In this document: one piece after another, positions 37,483 through 47,245 of the stretch | Position numbering within the stretch: the first letter of the stretch is position 1 | How the letters are laid out: each line of letters begins with the position of its first letter | DNA from: a virus | Virus genome (UHGV): UHGV-0179803 | DNA length: 64,000 nt | Strand: one strand, 5' to 3' | Translations under genes and position numbers: made by a program | The notes under the pieces: generated by a model | What the model saw: the letters and a program-made list of their open reading frames with translations, nothing else | What the model was told of the DNA's origin: nothing | The model's database searches: none

Positions 37483-37830
37483 ATGGTGGACAAAAAAGAG
37501 AAAGCGAAAAAACGTCGTCGCAGGGGCAGACCCCTGAAAGAGGAATCAAACGCTATTCAACTTGATAAAAATCTTATTGAGATGAAAGAAGCGTTCATTG
37601 CAATGGTTCCAGAGGCACACAAAGTTCTCCGCGATATGATGAATAACCCCAAAACGAAAGAAAACATTCGTCAGGGCATAGCAACATACGTTCTGGAGAA
37701 AGCTGCTGCCATGCAGGAAGAGTACGACGAAATGTTCGGGGAAGAGGAAGAAGAATCTACTGTTGTAGATGCGACCCCAACACCGTTCTCTCCGTTTACT
37801 ACAGAGATTATCCCGATCAACGATCAGTAA
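37483..37830 (+). CDS. basic DNA-binding protein (possible terminase small subunit)
   Basis: N-terminal KKEKAKKRRRRGRPLKE basic tract, acidic C-terminus; lies upstream of packaging genes; positional inference only. Confidence 0.3.
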   Translation: MVDKKEKAKKRRRRGRPLKEESNAIQLDKNLIEMKEAFIAMVPEAHKVLRDMMNNPKTKENIRQGIATYVLEKAAAMQEEYDEMFGEEEEESTVVDATPTPFSPFTTEIIPINDQ

Positions 37831-37899
37831 TCATTGTTGTGTAGCCTTGGAGAGAGAAGAGTGCTTGGGCGGTAAGCACTGGAAACACCGCTCAGTAGT

Positions 37900-37975
37900 G
37901 CCCCGTTAGTTCAAATGGAAGAACAGTGGCCTTCTAAGCCATAGGTTACAGGTTCGAGTCCTGTACGGGGTGCCA
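37900..37975 (+). tRNA. tRNA-Arg (anticodon TCT)
   Basis: cloverleaf by hand: acceptor GCCCCGT/ACGGGGT, D-arm GTTC-AAATGGAA-GAAC, anticodon stem GTGGC/GCCAT with loop CTTCTAA, T-arm ACAGG-TTCGAGT-CCTGT, discriminator G, encoded CCA. Confidence 0.85.
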
Positions 37976-38019
37976 ACACTTTTAACCAAAACACTAATCA
38001 TTTAAAGGAACTTAGTAAT

Positions 38020-38286
38020 ATGTATACATTAAAAATCGTAGAACGTGTAATGCCAGAAGGTGAACCGGAAGATACCAACATTCCATCTAAACCGTATCTT
38101 CGTGAGTCATACTATGACATGAATAAAAACACAGATGTTATCTTCTATGAACCAAATCAGGAAGGTATCATCGCTGTGGTAATGGATGGTGAACAGAAGG
38201 TCTACATTTATGATGACACTTCTGCTTACCTGATGAATGAAAACGCTGTTACAGTACGTATCATTCATCGTGTTCAGTTCAACTAA
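38020..38286 (+). CDS. hypothetical protein
   Basis: 88-aa ORF with RBS; followed by terminator. Confidence 0.4.
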   Translation: MYTLKIVERVMPEGEPEDTNIPSKPYLRESYYDMNKNTDVIFYEPNQEGIIAVVMDGEQKVYIYDDTSAYLMNENAVTVRIIHRVQFN

Positions 38287-38353
38287 GGTGGTTTCAGTTC
38301 ATAATCAGTTTCATTGATACATCTCCTTTCATTGGTTTATAAGTTTTAACCCG

Positions 38354-38390
38354 CCCCGTTGACTGAAATGGTCACGGGGTTTTTTATTTG
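38354..38390 (+). terminator. rho-independent terminator
   Basis: hairpin CCCCGTTGAC..GTCACGGGG followed by TTTTTTATTT. Confidence 0.6.
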
Positions 38391-38407
38391 TATGTTCTGG
38401 AGGTTTC

Positions 38408-38809
38408 GTGCCAGCAGTACTTGCATTCCTGATAAAATATAAGCGCGTGATAAAATGGACTATCGCGGCTGTCTTACTGGTTGTAGCCTGCGCTGGAGTG
38501 CACAGTTGGTACAACACCCAGATACAAAATGCCTACAACGAAGGGGTCGCTGTAACAGAGCAGAAATGGGATAAACTGATGATGCAGCAGAAGCTACAGG
38601 CCAACCAGACGAAGTTGGAACACGCTTACGAAGTCAGAGAGCTTGAGCAAAAGCTGGCTAACATGCAGAACGCCATGAACGCTCCTGGAGCTTTTGGTGG
38701 GGCTACACAACAGCAGTTCCAGTCATCTCCAGAAGGGCAACAGAACCGGATCCCAGATAAAGTGATCGATATCTACAACGAAAGTATTAACTCGGAGGTG
38801 CAGCAATGA
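38408..38809 (+). CDS. i-spanin (Rz-like)
   Basis: GTG start with RBS GGAGG; N-terminal TM WTIAAVLLVVACAGV, then coiled-coil-rich periplasmic domain; 4-nt overlap with o-spanin. Confidence 0.7.
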   Translation: MPAVLAFLIKYKRVIKWTIAAVLLVVACAGVHSWYNTQIQNAYNEGVAVTEQKWDKLMMQQKLQANQTKLEHAYEVRELEQKLANMQNAMNAPGAFGGATQQQFQSSPEGQQNRIPDKVIDIYNESINSEVQQ

Positions 38810-39102
38810 GGTGGTTACTTGCATTAGCGATTGCACTCACGTTTTCTATGGCCCTGGTAGGTTGTAGCTCACCTAAAAGTACGCCAGTTACAGTTGCACC
38901 GCAGAAAGTTGAACAACTTGCTGTAGAGCCTCCTGCGGCAGCTATGATCCCACCAGCAATAGCTATCCCCTTGGTGAAAGGTGCACCAGATGCGGATAAC
39001 TCTGCAATTATGAGGCAGAACAATCTCTCCTGTAGCAATGATCGTGCCAAATTAATCATCTTGCAGGATTATGTAAAATCTTTATTCAATAAGGAGAATT
39101 AA
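38806..39102 (+). CDS. o-spanin (Rz1-like lipoprotein)
   Basis: signal peptide plus lipobox LVGC, Pro-rich mature region; stop overlaps terL ATG. Confidence 0.75.
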   Translation: MRWLLALAIALTFSMALVGCSSPKSTPVTVAPQKVEQLAVEPPAAAMIPPAIAIPLVKGAPDADNSAIMRQNNLSCSNDRAKLIILQDYVKSLFNKEN

Positions 39103-40215
39103 TGGCTAAAATGTATGGCCCATGCTCCCGTAAACAACAAATGATTCTGGAAAATGATGCCGACTTCCTGATCATTGGTGGGGCAGCGGGTTGTTTGTCA
39201 ATGCGACATGAGGTGATGACACCTAACGGGTGGATCAGAATATCGGAATGGGATGGTCAAGATATCCTCCAGTTTGATAAAGAAACTGGTAAGGCCATGT
39301 TTATCCAGCCTGAAGAGTTTGTTAAGCTGGAATGCGACAAACTAACCAGGATTGTGCAGGATGGTATTTGTCAGGAATTATCCGACGAGCACACAGTTCT
39401 GTACGTCCCAGAAGACGGAACAGCTTACGGTACACTTAATTTCGGAGAAGTGGCTGAACAGTATGCTAACGGTGAGTTGGCAATGCGTATGCAGACCACG
39501 TTTGTGAACATGGGTGGTACTGGCCTTGGCATTTCTGACGAAGAGCTGAAAGAAAGGGCAAGATATTACAAATTCACAGATGAGTGGTATAATTGTGATC
39601 GTCGTCAGTTGTTGCAGATCTGGTATGAGATTTACCTGAACGGTAATGATCCCCATGCCTACGTTGTTCCAACGAAAGAACAGGCTGATTTCTTGCAATA
39701 CCTCGGATCATCTTTAGGTTTCAACGCACAGATCTTCTTCGAAGAAGGTTACAAAGTTGTGTTCTCTAATGAACGTGCAGGTACGATTGCTCTTAATAAC
39801 GATGCAACGTTCGAAGAGTTTGAGCCGGAAGATGGTTACAAATATTGTTTTGCTACCACAACAGGCTATTTTATCACCAGACTGGAAAACTGCATTGCAG
39901 TGACTGGTAACAGTGGTAAATCCTTTCTTCTACAGCTTCTCCCACTAAAGATGATAGATGACCCCAACACTTCTGTGGTGATGTTCCGTAGGACAACTCC
40001 ACAACTGGAAGGTGAAGGTGGTCTGTGGCCTAAAGCACTGAGTGTGTATCTGGATCTTCCTGAGTACATGAGGCCGAAATTCAGAGAGAAAGACCATAAG
40101 TTTACTTTTCCATATTATGATGCAAAGACGGGCAAATGGAATAAGAAAAGAGACGGAGCAGTAATCAAATACTGCCATATGGAATACGTCCAAGATAAGC
40201 TGAATCATCAAGGGT
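39102..40215 (+). CDS. terL: terminase large subunit, exon 1 (ATPase domain, includes intein)
   Basis: MAKMYG...DFLIIGGAAG | intein | SGKSFLLQ reconstitutes Walker A GGAAGSGKS; ORF ends at TAA 40215-40217, proposed to be created by the intron. Confidence 0.75.
39192..39911 (+). mobile_element. intein (240 aa) inserted in terminase P-loop
   Basis: begins CLSMRHEV (Cys1, block A), EHTVLYV block B-like, ends YFITRLENCIAVTGN (C-terminal Asn) followed by Ser +1; removal gives contiguous Walker A. Confidence 0.75.
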
Positions 40216-40742
40216 AAACAAACCTGCCCTTCGTGCCTAATTCGGTGAAACTCCTTGACAAAAGGACAATACCGAGCTACGGTTAAAGGATTAGTTGAAA
40301 CCGAGTGTAACGACTATCCCCGATGAGTGTAGGGGAGTAGAATCACAAGCGATTGGTGATCCAAACGGCACGCCAAGGAGGGAAGAGCTAGTCTGTTCCA
40401 CATGGTAACATGTGGCGGGTGTCTTAGCACACCGCGTCGGAGTAGCGATCCGGCGGGACAAAAGTGGAATATACTTTAATATGTTTTGATGAGGGTTAAC
40501 TGGTAGCTCTCGTAAAACCTCCCTAATTGCGGGGAAATCTTTACTATTGACACCACCAACCTATTATGGTAACATAATATTGGCTTCGGAGAAATACCGA
40601 AGGTATGGTAATAGCGTGTTGATTTAGATAATCCGCAGCGAAGCATCCTGATAGGATGTGTGCTCAACGACTATCGCTTACGGGCGTTAGGGCCAAGCGG
40701 CTGGGGAAACCCACAGTCTTTTAAGACTGCCGAAACGGGAGG

Positions 40743-41036
40743 ATGGGAATGTGTAAAACTAAAAAATGTGTAGATTGCCAGAGAGTCCTACCTCTTGAGG
40801 ATTTCTTTTTATCTTCTAAGAGTAATGATGGGTACTCTGGTACATGCAAGGAATGCTATATGTACTACAGAAAGAATGGATCTCGTAGAAACAAGGATAT
40901 GGTTAAGAGAGATGATGCAGCAGCGTTTATTCAAGATTTGCTAGAGAAAGGTGAGCTTTTTGAATGCAAATCTTGTCATAAAAGTATGCTCGCTGACAAT
41001 TTTACACAAAACGTGATTATGGTAGGGTATATCTAG
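40743..41036 (+). CDS. intron-encoded Cys-rich (Zn-ribbon-like) ORF
   Basis: CxxC pairs (CVDCQ, CKEC, CKSCH); directly upstream of HNH ORF in a different frame; may be a separate protein or a frameshifted N-terminal part. Confidence 0.4.
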   Translation: MGMCKTKKCVDCQRVLPLEDFFLSSKSNDGYSGTCKECYMYYRKNGSRRNKDMVKRDDAAAFIQDLLEKGELFECKSCHKSMLADNFTQNVIMVGYI

Positions 41037-41053
41037 TCACGGGCAGGTGTAAA

Positions 41054-41338
41054 ATGTGTGAGAAGTTCTATCAGCTTGAGAAGAAATTTCACATAACAAA
41101 AGACGAATATTTTCGTCTACTCTCAGATCAAGATTATAAATGTGCCATTTGCGGGATATCACTTGATGAGTATAGGTCGCAAGGGTACAGAGATTTCTTT
41201 AGTGTTGATCATGACCATAAGACTGGCGCTGTAAGAGGTTTGCTTTGTGATAAGTGTAACAGAGCTTTAGGTTTTTTCCAGGAGGATGAGGAAACTCTTC
41301 TTAAAGCGGCAGAGTATTTACACACTCATAAGATATAG
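41054..41338 (+). CDS. intron-encoded HNH endonuclease (endonuclease VII-like)
   Basis: CAICG...VDHDHKTGAVRGLLCDKCNRALGFF signature; ORF ends 3 nt after the S element, i.e. sits in intron loop P8. Confidence 0.8.
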   Translation: MCEKFYQLEKKFHITKDEYFRLLSDQDYKCAICGISLDEYRSQGYRDFFSVDHDHKTGAVRGLLCDKCNRALGFFQEDEETLLKAAEYLHTHKI

Positions 41339-41454
41339 TCTGGTCTGCATGGAGACATGCAGCTGCCACATGGTGGCGGGGCAAGAGTAGCGACCTTGCC
41401 CGAACACAAACGACACAGTTCGATTGGGAGCAAATCGACTACCTGATTTCTCGT

Positions 41455-42534
41455 ATGAGGTCGAAATCGAAATACTCTTCACGGATGGTGATCAGCTGTA
41501 ACCCGGATTCTGAACACTATTTAGCCAAACTGGTTCGTTGGTGGCTTGACGACGAGGGCTACCCAGATGAAAGCAAGTGTGGCGTTAAGCGCTATTTCAT
41601 CCGTAGGGATGGGGAATTTATCTTCGGCGATACGCCAGAAGAGTTGATCGAGAAGTATACCTATGTTAACGGCAAAGGTGTTGAGATAATCCCAAAACCA
41701 CTCTCTATCGCTTTTATCGGTGCAACAATCCACGATAACCCCATCTGCTTGCGTGATAACCCAGAATATCTTGCATTCCTGGAAGGTCTGCCAGAGCTGG
41801 AAAAAGCACAACTCCTCTACGGTAACTGGTTCGCTAAGCCTGAAGGTGCAAACTATTTCAGTCGCACATTCTTGAAAGATGCGGATCATGTCCCCCTCGG
41901 AGCAGTTTCTGTAAGAGCATGGGATAAAGCTGGTACAGAACGTACCTCTGGCAACAAATTCCCCGACTATACAGCCAGTATCAAGGTCAGTAAGGATAGT
42001 GATGGTTACTACTACATCTCCGGTGACTATTGCCCTGAAAACGTAGATGATGGCAGATATTCTACGGGCTTGCACGGTAAGTTCTGCAAGAAAGCTGGGG
42101 AACGTGATGTTATTATCAAGAAACAGGCAGAGTTTGATGGTGAGGACTGCGTAATTGTCTTCTCTGTGGACCCCGGTCAGGCAGGTAAGAGTGAGTTTCT
42201 TACTTCATCTCGTAAACTTCTTGCCGGAGGGTTCAGGGTAGAAGAAGACCCAATGCCGTCTAACAAATCAAAACTCACCCGTTTCTCCCCGTTTGCCAAC
42301 CTTGCCCAACAAGGGATGGTGCGGCTTGTCCGGTCAAGTTTCGACCCGGATACACTGGAAGCATTTTTGACAGAGCTGGAGAAATTTAACGGCGAACGGT
42401 CAACCTTTAGCCGTAAAGATGATTGGGCTGACTCCATTGCTTCTGCAATTAACTACCTTGAAAAAGAGGAAGTTGCTATGCCATGTGTTATTCCGAAGAT
42501 TGTTTCACCCTCTATGTATAAGAGGATGATTTAA
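41455..42534 (+). CDS. terL: terminase large subunit, exon 2 (nuclease domain)
   Basis: VRAWDKAGTERTSGNKFPDYTA and DWADSIASAINY match terminase nuclease motifs; frame open from 41332, true 3' splice junction unresolved within ~41399-41454. Confidence 0.75.
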   Translation: MRSKSKYSSRMVISCNPDSEHYLAKLVRWWLDDEGYPDESKCGVKRYFIRRDGEFIFGDTPEELIEKYTYVNGKGVEIIPKPLSIAFIGATIHDNPICLRDNPEYLAFLEGLPELEKAQLLYGNWFAKPEGANYFSRTFLKDADHVPLGAVSVRAWDKAGTERTSGNKFPDYTASIKVSKDSDGYYYISGDYCPENVDDGRYSTGLHGKFCKKAGERDVIIKKQAEFDGEDCVIVFSVDPGQAGKSEFLTSSRKLLAGGFRVEEDPMPSNKSKLTRFSPFANLAQQGMVRLVRSSFDPDTLEAFLTELEKFNGERSTFSRKDDWADSIASAINYLEKEEVAMPCVIPKIVSPSMYKRMI

Positions 42535-42586
42535 GTAGTTGCCAATCTTAGATGAATGTGTTACAATAATCTATAGAGCATAACTA

Positions 42587-42614
42587 AGCCCTCTTCGGAG
42601 GGCTATTTCTTTTG
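42587..42614 (+). terminator. rho-independent terminator
   Basis: AGCCCTC-TTCG-GAGGGCT hairpin followed by ATTTCTTTT. Confidence 0.65.
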
Positions 42615-42634
42615 TCTAACTTGAGGGTAATCTT

Positions 42635-44194
42635 GTGTCCAAGAAAAGCCGTAGGAAAAACAACGCAGCAGCCAAAGCGAGGGCTGTGAAAAAAGCTGGA
42701 AATCAAGATGCCCAGGTGCACAATGTTCGTCTGGGAGAGATTGGTTCCGGTGCACTGGCTCAGATCCAATTTGAATCTCAGCAGATGATGGTTGAGGAGT
42801 TGCGTTGGCCCAACCTTATCGCTACCGTAGAGACGATGAAATGCGACTCAACAGTAGCTACCGCTCTGGATTCTAAATATGTACTGATCACCAAAGCCTT
42901 CAACGATTTCAAAATTCTCTGTAATGAAGAGAGTGAAGAATCTAAGAAAGCAGCAGCATTTATCGACTATGCCCTGCGTAATCTCTCTAATCAGCAAACA
43001 CTTCGTGATATTGCAAGAAGTGCAGCCACCTTTAATGAATACGGCTTCTCAATATTTGAGAAAGTTTACCGTCGTGAACAGGAAGGGGAGTACGCTGGTA
43101 AATTAGTTATTGACAAGTTTGCATTCAGACCTCAAGCGAGCCTGTCCCGCAGTAACCCGTTCCAGTTTGATAAAAATAGTCGTAAACTTGAAGGTATATG
43201 GCAGTCACCGAATGCGTTTGTTAATTTCAAACGTAATTCATACGCTGGCCCACTACTTTCTGCTCCGGCAAACTTCAACGGTGAGGAGATTTTCATTCCG
43301 GCTAAGAAAATCATGATCATGACTCTTTCCGGTACAGAGTCCAATCCGGCAGGTGTTTCACCTATGATTGGTTGTTACAGATCCTTCCGTGAGAAAGTGC
43401 TGATCGAAAACCTGGAAGTGGTTGGTTGCTCCAAAGATCTTGGTGGTGTGCTTGAGCTGAAAATACCGTCCAACATTCTGAATAAAGCAAGTATCGACCC
43501 CACCTCAATGGAAGGTCAGATGGTTGCTAACCTGATGGCAGATGCTGCAAATGCCCACTCCGGTGAACAGAGTTTCTTTATTCTCCCATCGGATCGTGAT
43601 AAATCAGGTAAAGAACAGTATTCCATGGACCTGAAAGGGATCAATGGTGCTGGTAAACAATACTCCACCAAAGATCTTGTTGATGCACGTAAGAAAGCTA
43701 TCCTTGATAGATTTGGTGCTGGTTTTATTAACTTAGGTAACGACAACGTTGGTTCTTACTCGTTGTCCGAGTCCAAACAGTCTTTACATGGTCACTTCGT
43801 TAACCGTGATATTGACATTATTGTTGAGGCTTTCAACAAAGACTTCATTCCCCAGATGCTGGCGCTGAACGGTATCTACCTCTCCAATGAGGATATGCCG
43901 AAACTCAAACCAGGGTTGACTGAAAAAGTTGACATGGAAGAGTTCTCCAAATTCGTACAGCGTATTGGTGCAGTTGGTTATCTGCCTAAAACTCCGGGTG
44001 TTATCAATAAAATCCTTGAAGTTGGTGGTTTTGACTACCGCGTTGATGAGGATATTGACACTGAAGAGTTAATGCAAATACTGGGTCAGGATGTAAGTCG
44101 GTCAGGTGACGGTATGGCGGCGGGGACCAACGGTAATGGCACGTCCAGAATGTCATCCACACGCGATAATTCTGTATCAAATATGGAAAATTAA
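42635..44194 (+). CDS. portal protein (putative)
   Basis: 519-aa ORF immediately downstream of terminase, head module position; no motif verified. Confidence 0.55.
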   Translation: MSKKSRRKNNAAAKARAVKKAGNQDAQVHNVRLGEIGSGALAQIQFESQQMMVEELRWPNLIATVETMKCDSTVATALDSKYVLITKAFNDFKILCNEESEESKKAAAFIDYALRNLSNQQTLRDIARSAATFNEYGFSIFEKVYRREQEGEYAGKLVIDKFAFRPQASLSRSNPFQFDKNSRKLEGIWQSPNAFVNFKRNSYAGPLLSAPANFNGEEIFIPAKKIMIMTLSGTESNPAGVSPMIGCYRSFREKVLIENLEVVGCSKDLGGVLELKIPSNILNKASIDPTSMEGQMVANLMADAANAHSGEQSFFILPSDRDKSGKEQYSMDLKGINGAGKQYSTKDLVDARKKAILDRFGAGFINLGNDNVGSYSLSESKQSLHGHFVNRDIDIIVEAFNKDFIPQMLALNGIYLSNEDMPKLKPGLTEKVDMEEFSKFVQRIGAVGYLPKTPGVINKILEVGGFDYRVDEDIDTEELMQILGQDVSRSGDGMAAGTNGNGTSRMSSTRDNSVSNMEN

Positions 44195-44214
44195 AAAAAT
44201 TTTCATAAACAGGG

Positions 44215-44243
44215 TTGCATTTTAATTTGCAGTGTGGTAGAAT
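44215..44243 (+). promoter_or_regulatory. sigma70-type promoter with extended -10
   Basis: TTGCAT 44215-44220, 17-nt spacer, TGGTAGAAT 44235-44243. Confidence 0.45.
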
Positions 44244-44261
44244 AGTTTACATGAGGTAAAA

Positions 44262-44690
44262 ATGTCTACAACTGAAGAGATGATTTCATACGAGATCATC
44301 TACGAACCAAACACTAAAGATGCTCACGGCGAGTGGATGTCCGAAGAAACTCTTCGCAAAGCGAAAGAAAGCTGGGACATGGCATACGCCGCTGGCATCG
44401 CCAGAGAAAACCTTTTCCATCTCACCTCCACTGAAGCATTCACTATCGAAAAAACCTGGATTCAGGAAGAACTTGATGTGGTTGTTGCAGAAACCGGACA
44501 ACCTATCAAGGCTGGATCATGGGTAGCTAAAGTGAAATACAATAACGAAGCCTTGTGGGAAGCTAAGAAAGCTGGCATTGTCGGTGGACTAAGCATCCAG
44601 TGCACAGGCCATGTTAACGAAGAGACAGGTGAGATTACAGATATCAATTTCGGGGCCACAATCGTGGAAAATGAAGAGGGCGATGAATAA
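44262..44690 (+). CDS. hypothetical head-module protein
   Basis: 142-aa acidic ORF between portal and scaffold-like gene. Confidence 0.35.
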   Translation: MSTTEEMISYEIIYEPNTKDAHGEWMSEETLRKAKESWDMAYAAGIARENLFHLTSTEAFTIEKTWIQEELDVVVAETGQPIKAGSWVAKVKYNNEALWEAKKAGIVGGLSIQCTGHVNEETGEITDINFGATIVENEEGDE

Positions 44691-45745
44691 TGGCAGACAC
44701 CATCAAAATTCAAGAGAAGGGCATTGCACTGTGCCATGAAGCACAAGGTTTCAGTGCCAATAACCGTCCGATCTCTTTGCTGATGAAAAGTGATCTTGAA
44801 CCAGAACAGTTGACAGCTGATATTGTCAAAGCTCTGCGTCAGGTCACGGTGGATCTTAGTTTTGAAGAATACCTCATGAGATTCTTCGGTTTGTGGGCCT
44901 ATGATGCTAAAAAATTAGCCGCACTTCTGGGGTTTGAAATCGAAGAGGAAGCCTTCGCTAGAGAACACCCAGACAATGATTGGGCGCAAGCCGACGCTGA
45001 AATGGTTCGTGAATGGCTGGAAGAAGTAAACTCCACAGTAACGATCCACAAAGCTGCTCAGGAAGGTAAAGACCTTTCTTTAGTCGAACAATATGAACTT
45101 CTGAAAGCACAGCAGAAGTTCGAGGAAGTAACCGCTGATCTCTTCGATGCAGAAGGGAACCTTATTAAAGCGGTCGAAGACCCAGTAGAACCTGAGGTGA
45201 AACATGAACCTCAACCGGAGCCGAAACCGGAACCTGTACCTGAAGAAGTAGTTCCAGTTAAGCCTGTGAAAGAAGTTCCTGAAAAAACCCCAGCTAATAC
45301 TGATAACAATGAACCCGCAAATATCGAGGGGAATACGGTGGAAGATGTAACCAAATCTCAAGAGTACATTGACCTGTTGAAACAGTTTGAAGCATTGCAG
45401 GCTAAACAAGCAGAAGCCGATGCAATCATCAAAGCTCAGGTTGAACTCAAAAAAGCAGAAATGCTTGAAAAAGCTAAAGCTCTTAGCTTCGTAACTGAAG
45501 AAGATCATGAAATGCTGGTTGACTTCATGTTAGAAAAAGCTAATGAAGCAGTTGTCGCACTTCTTGAAAAAGCTCAGGCACGTATTGCTGAACTTGAAGC
45601 GGAAGTTAAAAAAACCAAAGAAGAATTCGCAACCGCCGAACACGGTAAAGACGGCGAACCTATTGTGGATGATGTTCAAAAATCCGCAGAAGAAATCCTT
45701 GCAGAAAACGTAGCGAAAGCTCTCGCTGCAAAAGCTAACAAATAA
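44690..45745 (+). CDS. scaffolding-like protein (putative)
   Basis: 351 aa, acidic, Pro/Glu linker and long heptad-like C-terminal region (AKQAEADAIIKAQVELKKAEMLEKAKAL); position before decoration/capsid genes. Confidence 0.45.
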   Translation: MADTIKIQEKGIALCHEAQGFSANNRPISLLMKSDLEPEQLTADIVKALRQVTVDLSFEEYLMRFFGLWAYDAKKLAALLGFEIEEEAFAREHPDNDWAQADAEMVREWLEEVNSTVTIHKAAQEGKDLSLVEQYELLKAQQKFEEVTADLFDAEGNLIKAVEDPVEPEVKHEPQPEPKPEPVPEEVVPVKPVKEVPEKTPANTDNNEPANIEGNTVEDVTKSQEYIDLLKQFEALQAKQAEADAIIKAQVELKKAEMLEKAKALSFVTEEDHEMLVDFMLEKANEAVVALLEKAQARIAELEAEVKKTKEEFATAEHGKDGEPIVDDVQKSAEEILAENVAKALAAKANK

Positions 45746-45757
45746 TTCAAGGGGAAA

Positions 45758-46135
45758 ATGATGATCACCACTCAATATTCTGATATCGTGCTCGGCAAAG
45801 TAGACGCAAGCGATGCTGGCTTCAACTTTAAAGAGATCGAAATCACTCTGACTGATGACCATGTAGCAGGTGCTGTAGTTACCGCTACTGGTACTCTGGC
45901 TAACGCAGATGGTTCTGATACATTCGGTGTTCTGGTAGACCGTGCCTTACTGCCTGATTCTGCTGGTCGTGTAAACCTGGCTGAACCGCTGACTATTGGT
46001 CAGACCTATAAACTGGTTGTTGCTGTTCGCGGCGTTACCTTTGCAAAAGAACATCTGGTTATCGCTGACGGTGCAGAAGCTCCTGAAGCTGTTCTGAAAG
46101 CTCTGGAAGCTCGTGGTAACAAAGTTCAAGAATAA
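45758..46135 (+). CDS. head decoration-like protein (putative)
   Basis: 125-aa ORF directly upstream of major capsid gene, optimized codons; lambda D-E-like gene order. Confidence 0.4.
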   Translation: MMITTQYSDIVLGKVDASDAGFNFKEIEITLTDDHVAGAVVTATGTLANADGSDTFGVLVDRALLPDSAGRVNLAEPLTIGQTYKLVVAVRGVTFAKEHLVIADGAEAPEAVLKALEARGNKVQE

Positions 46136-46158
46136 TTGATTGATAACTGGAGAAAATA

Positions 46159-47163
46159 ATGATCACTCGTAAAGATGATTTTGGTATTGTTGACCTGGGT
46201 GCAACTCTTGAGCTGGTTCCACGCCAATTCCGTCTGATCACTGGCATGAACCTTTTTGAAACCCACCTGGGTACTTCTACCATCGCACAAATCGAACGTG
46301 TTGACGAAATCGTAGCAGATATCCCTGCTCGTCGTCGTGGTGGTGAACGTAACTACGTAGGTAGCGAACGTGCTCAGATCAAAAACCTGAACATCCCGTT
46401 CTTCCCATTGGATAAAGGGATTACAGCAGCTGACGTTCAAAACTTCCGTCGCTACTTTACTCCTGATGCTCCGAAAACTGTGGAAGATGTTGTAACTCGT
46501 GTAGTTCGCCGCATCCGTATCTCCCATGAAGCTCTGCGTGAAAAAGCACTGTTTGCTGCTGTCATGGGTAAATCCTATGCTCCTGGTGATGCAACCTGCA
46601 AATATGACTATTACACCCTGTGGGGCGTAACTCAGAAATCCATCGAAATCGATCCGGCTGATGCTGCTCAGGACCCGATGGAAGTTATCGAAGAAGGTCG
46701 TCTGCACATTGCTCTGCAAGCTGGTGACAATGCTGGTGCATACCGCATTATTTGCCTGTGCTCTCCTGAATTCTTCAGTGCACTGGTTCATCATCCGCTG
46801 GTAGAACTGGCTTACACCTACTACAGCTCACAACAGGAACCTCTGCGTCGTCGTCTGGGTGCTGGCGGTGAAAATTCAGTCTATCGCGTATTTGAACACA
46901 AAGGCATGACCTTCATCGAAGATATCTCCGGCAACATCCCGGCAAAAGAAGCACGTTTAGTACCGATGGGTATTGATGCTATGTTCCAGCTGCACTTTGC
47001 TCCGGCAGATGACCTGGCAGAAGCAAATACTCCGGCACAAGAACTGTACATGTGGTACAAACACTCAGCTTATCTGCGTGAAGAAAAAGTTGAGTCTGAA
47101 ACCTCTATGCTGGCTGTTAACACCCGTCCTGAACTGGTTGTTAAAGTCACTCTTCATGAATAA
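46159..47163 (+). CDS. major capsid protein
   Basis: 334 aa, strongly optimized codon usage (CGT/CTG/GGT), position in head module after scaffold and decoration-like genes, terminator downstream. Confidence 0.75.
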   Translation: MITRKDDFGIVDLGATLELVPRQFRLITGMNLFETHLGTSTIAQIERVDEIVADIPARRRGGERNYVGSERAQIKNLNIPFFPLDKGITAADVQNFRRYFTPDAPKTVEDVVTRVVRRIRISHEALREKALFAAVMGKSYAPGDATCKYDYYTLWGVTQKSIEIDPADAAQDPMEVIEEGRLHIALQAGDNAGAYRIICLCSPEFFSALVHHPLVELAYTYYSSQQEPLRRRLGAGGENSVYRVFEHKGMTFIEDISGNIPAKEARLVPMGIDAMFQLHFAPADDLAEANTPAQELYMWYKHSAYLREEKVESETSMLAVNTRPELVVKVTLHE

Positions 47164-47164
47164 T

Positions 47165-47220
47165 CGTCACCTCGGTGACTAACCTCGAAGGGGGGAGGGG
47201 GAACCCTCTCCCCTTTCTTG
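47165..47220 (+). terminator. tandem hairpin terminator
   Basis: GTCACC-TCG-GTGAC then GGGGAGGGGG..CCCTCTCCCC hairpin followed by TTTCTTGTTTT. Confidence 0.6.
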
Positions 47221-47245
47221 TTTTAGGGCTGTAAAGGAGACTCTT

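Larger units (their letters stand above)
40216..41437 (+). mobile_element. group I intron in terL (3' boundary approximate)
   Basis: conserved elements P AATTGCGGGGAAA 40525-40537, Q AATCCGCAGC 40630-40639, R GCTCAACGACTA 40662-40673, S AAGATATAGTCT 41329-41340; possible P1: exon AAGGGT 40210-40215 with GCCCTT 40226-40231; P9-like hairpins 41345-41440. Confidence 0.7.

Noticed and set aside
40743-41338. Single continuous intron-encoded endonuclease ORF
   Set aside because: The Cys-rich ORF and the HNH ORF are in different frames separated by a stop; without resequencing I cannot tell a frameshifted pseudogene from two genes, so they are reported separately.
41521-42075. 184-aa minus-strand ORF within terminase exon 2
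   Set aside because: Antisense to the terminase nuclease domain, which has clear motifs; no start context.
45080-45862. Minus-strand ORFs 45080..45508 and 45530..45862
   Set aside because: Antisense to the scaffold-like gene in a repetitive Lys/Glu-rich region; Phe-rich translation typical of antisense artefacts.
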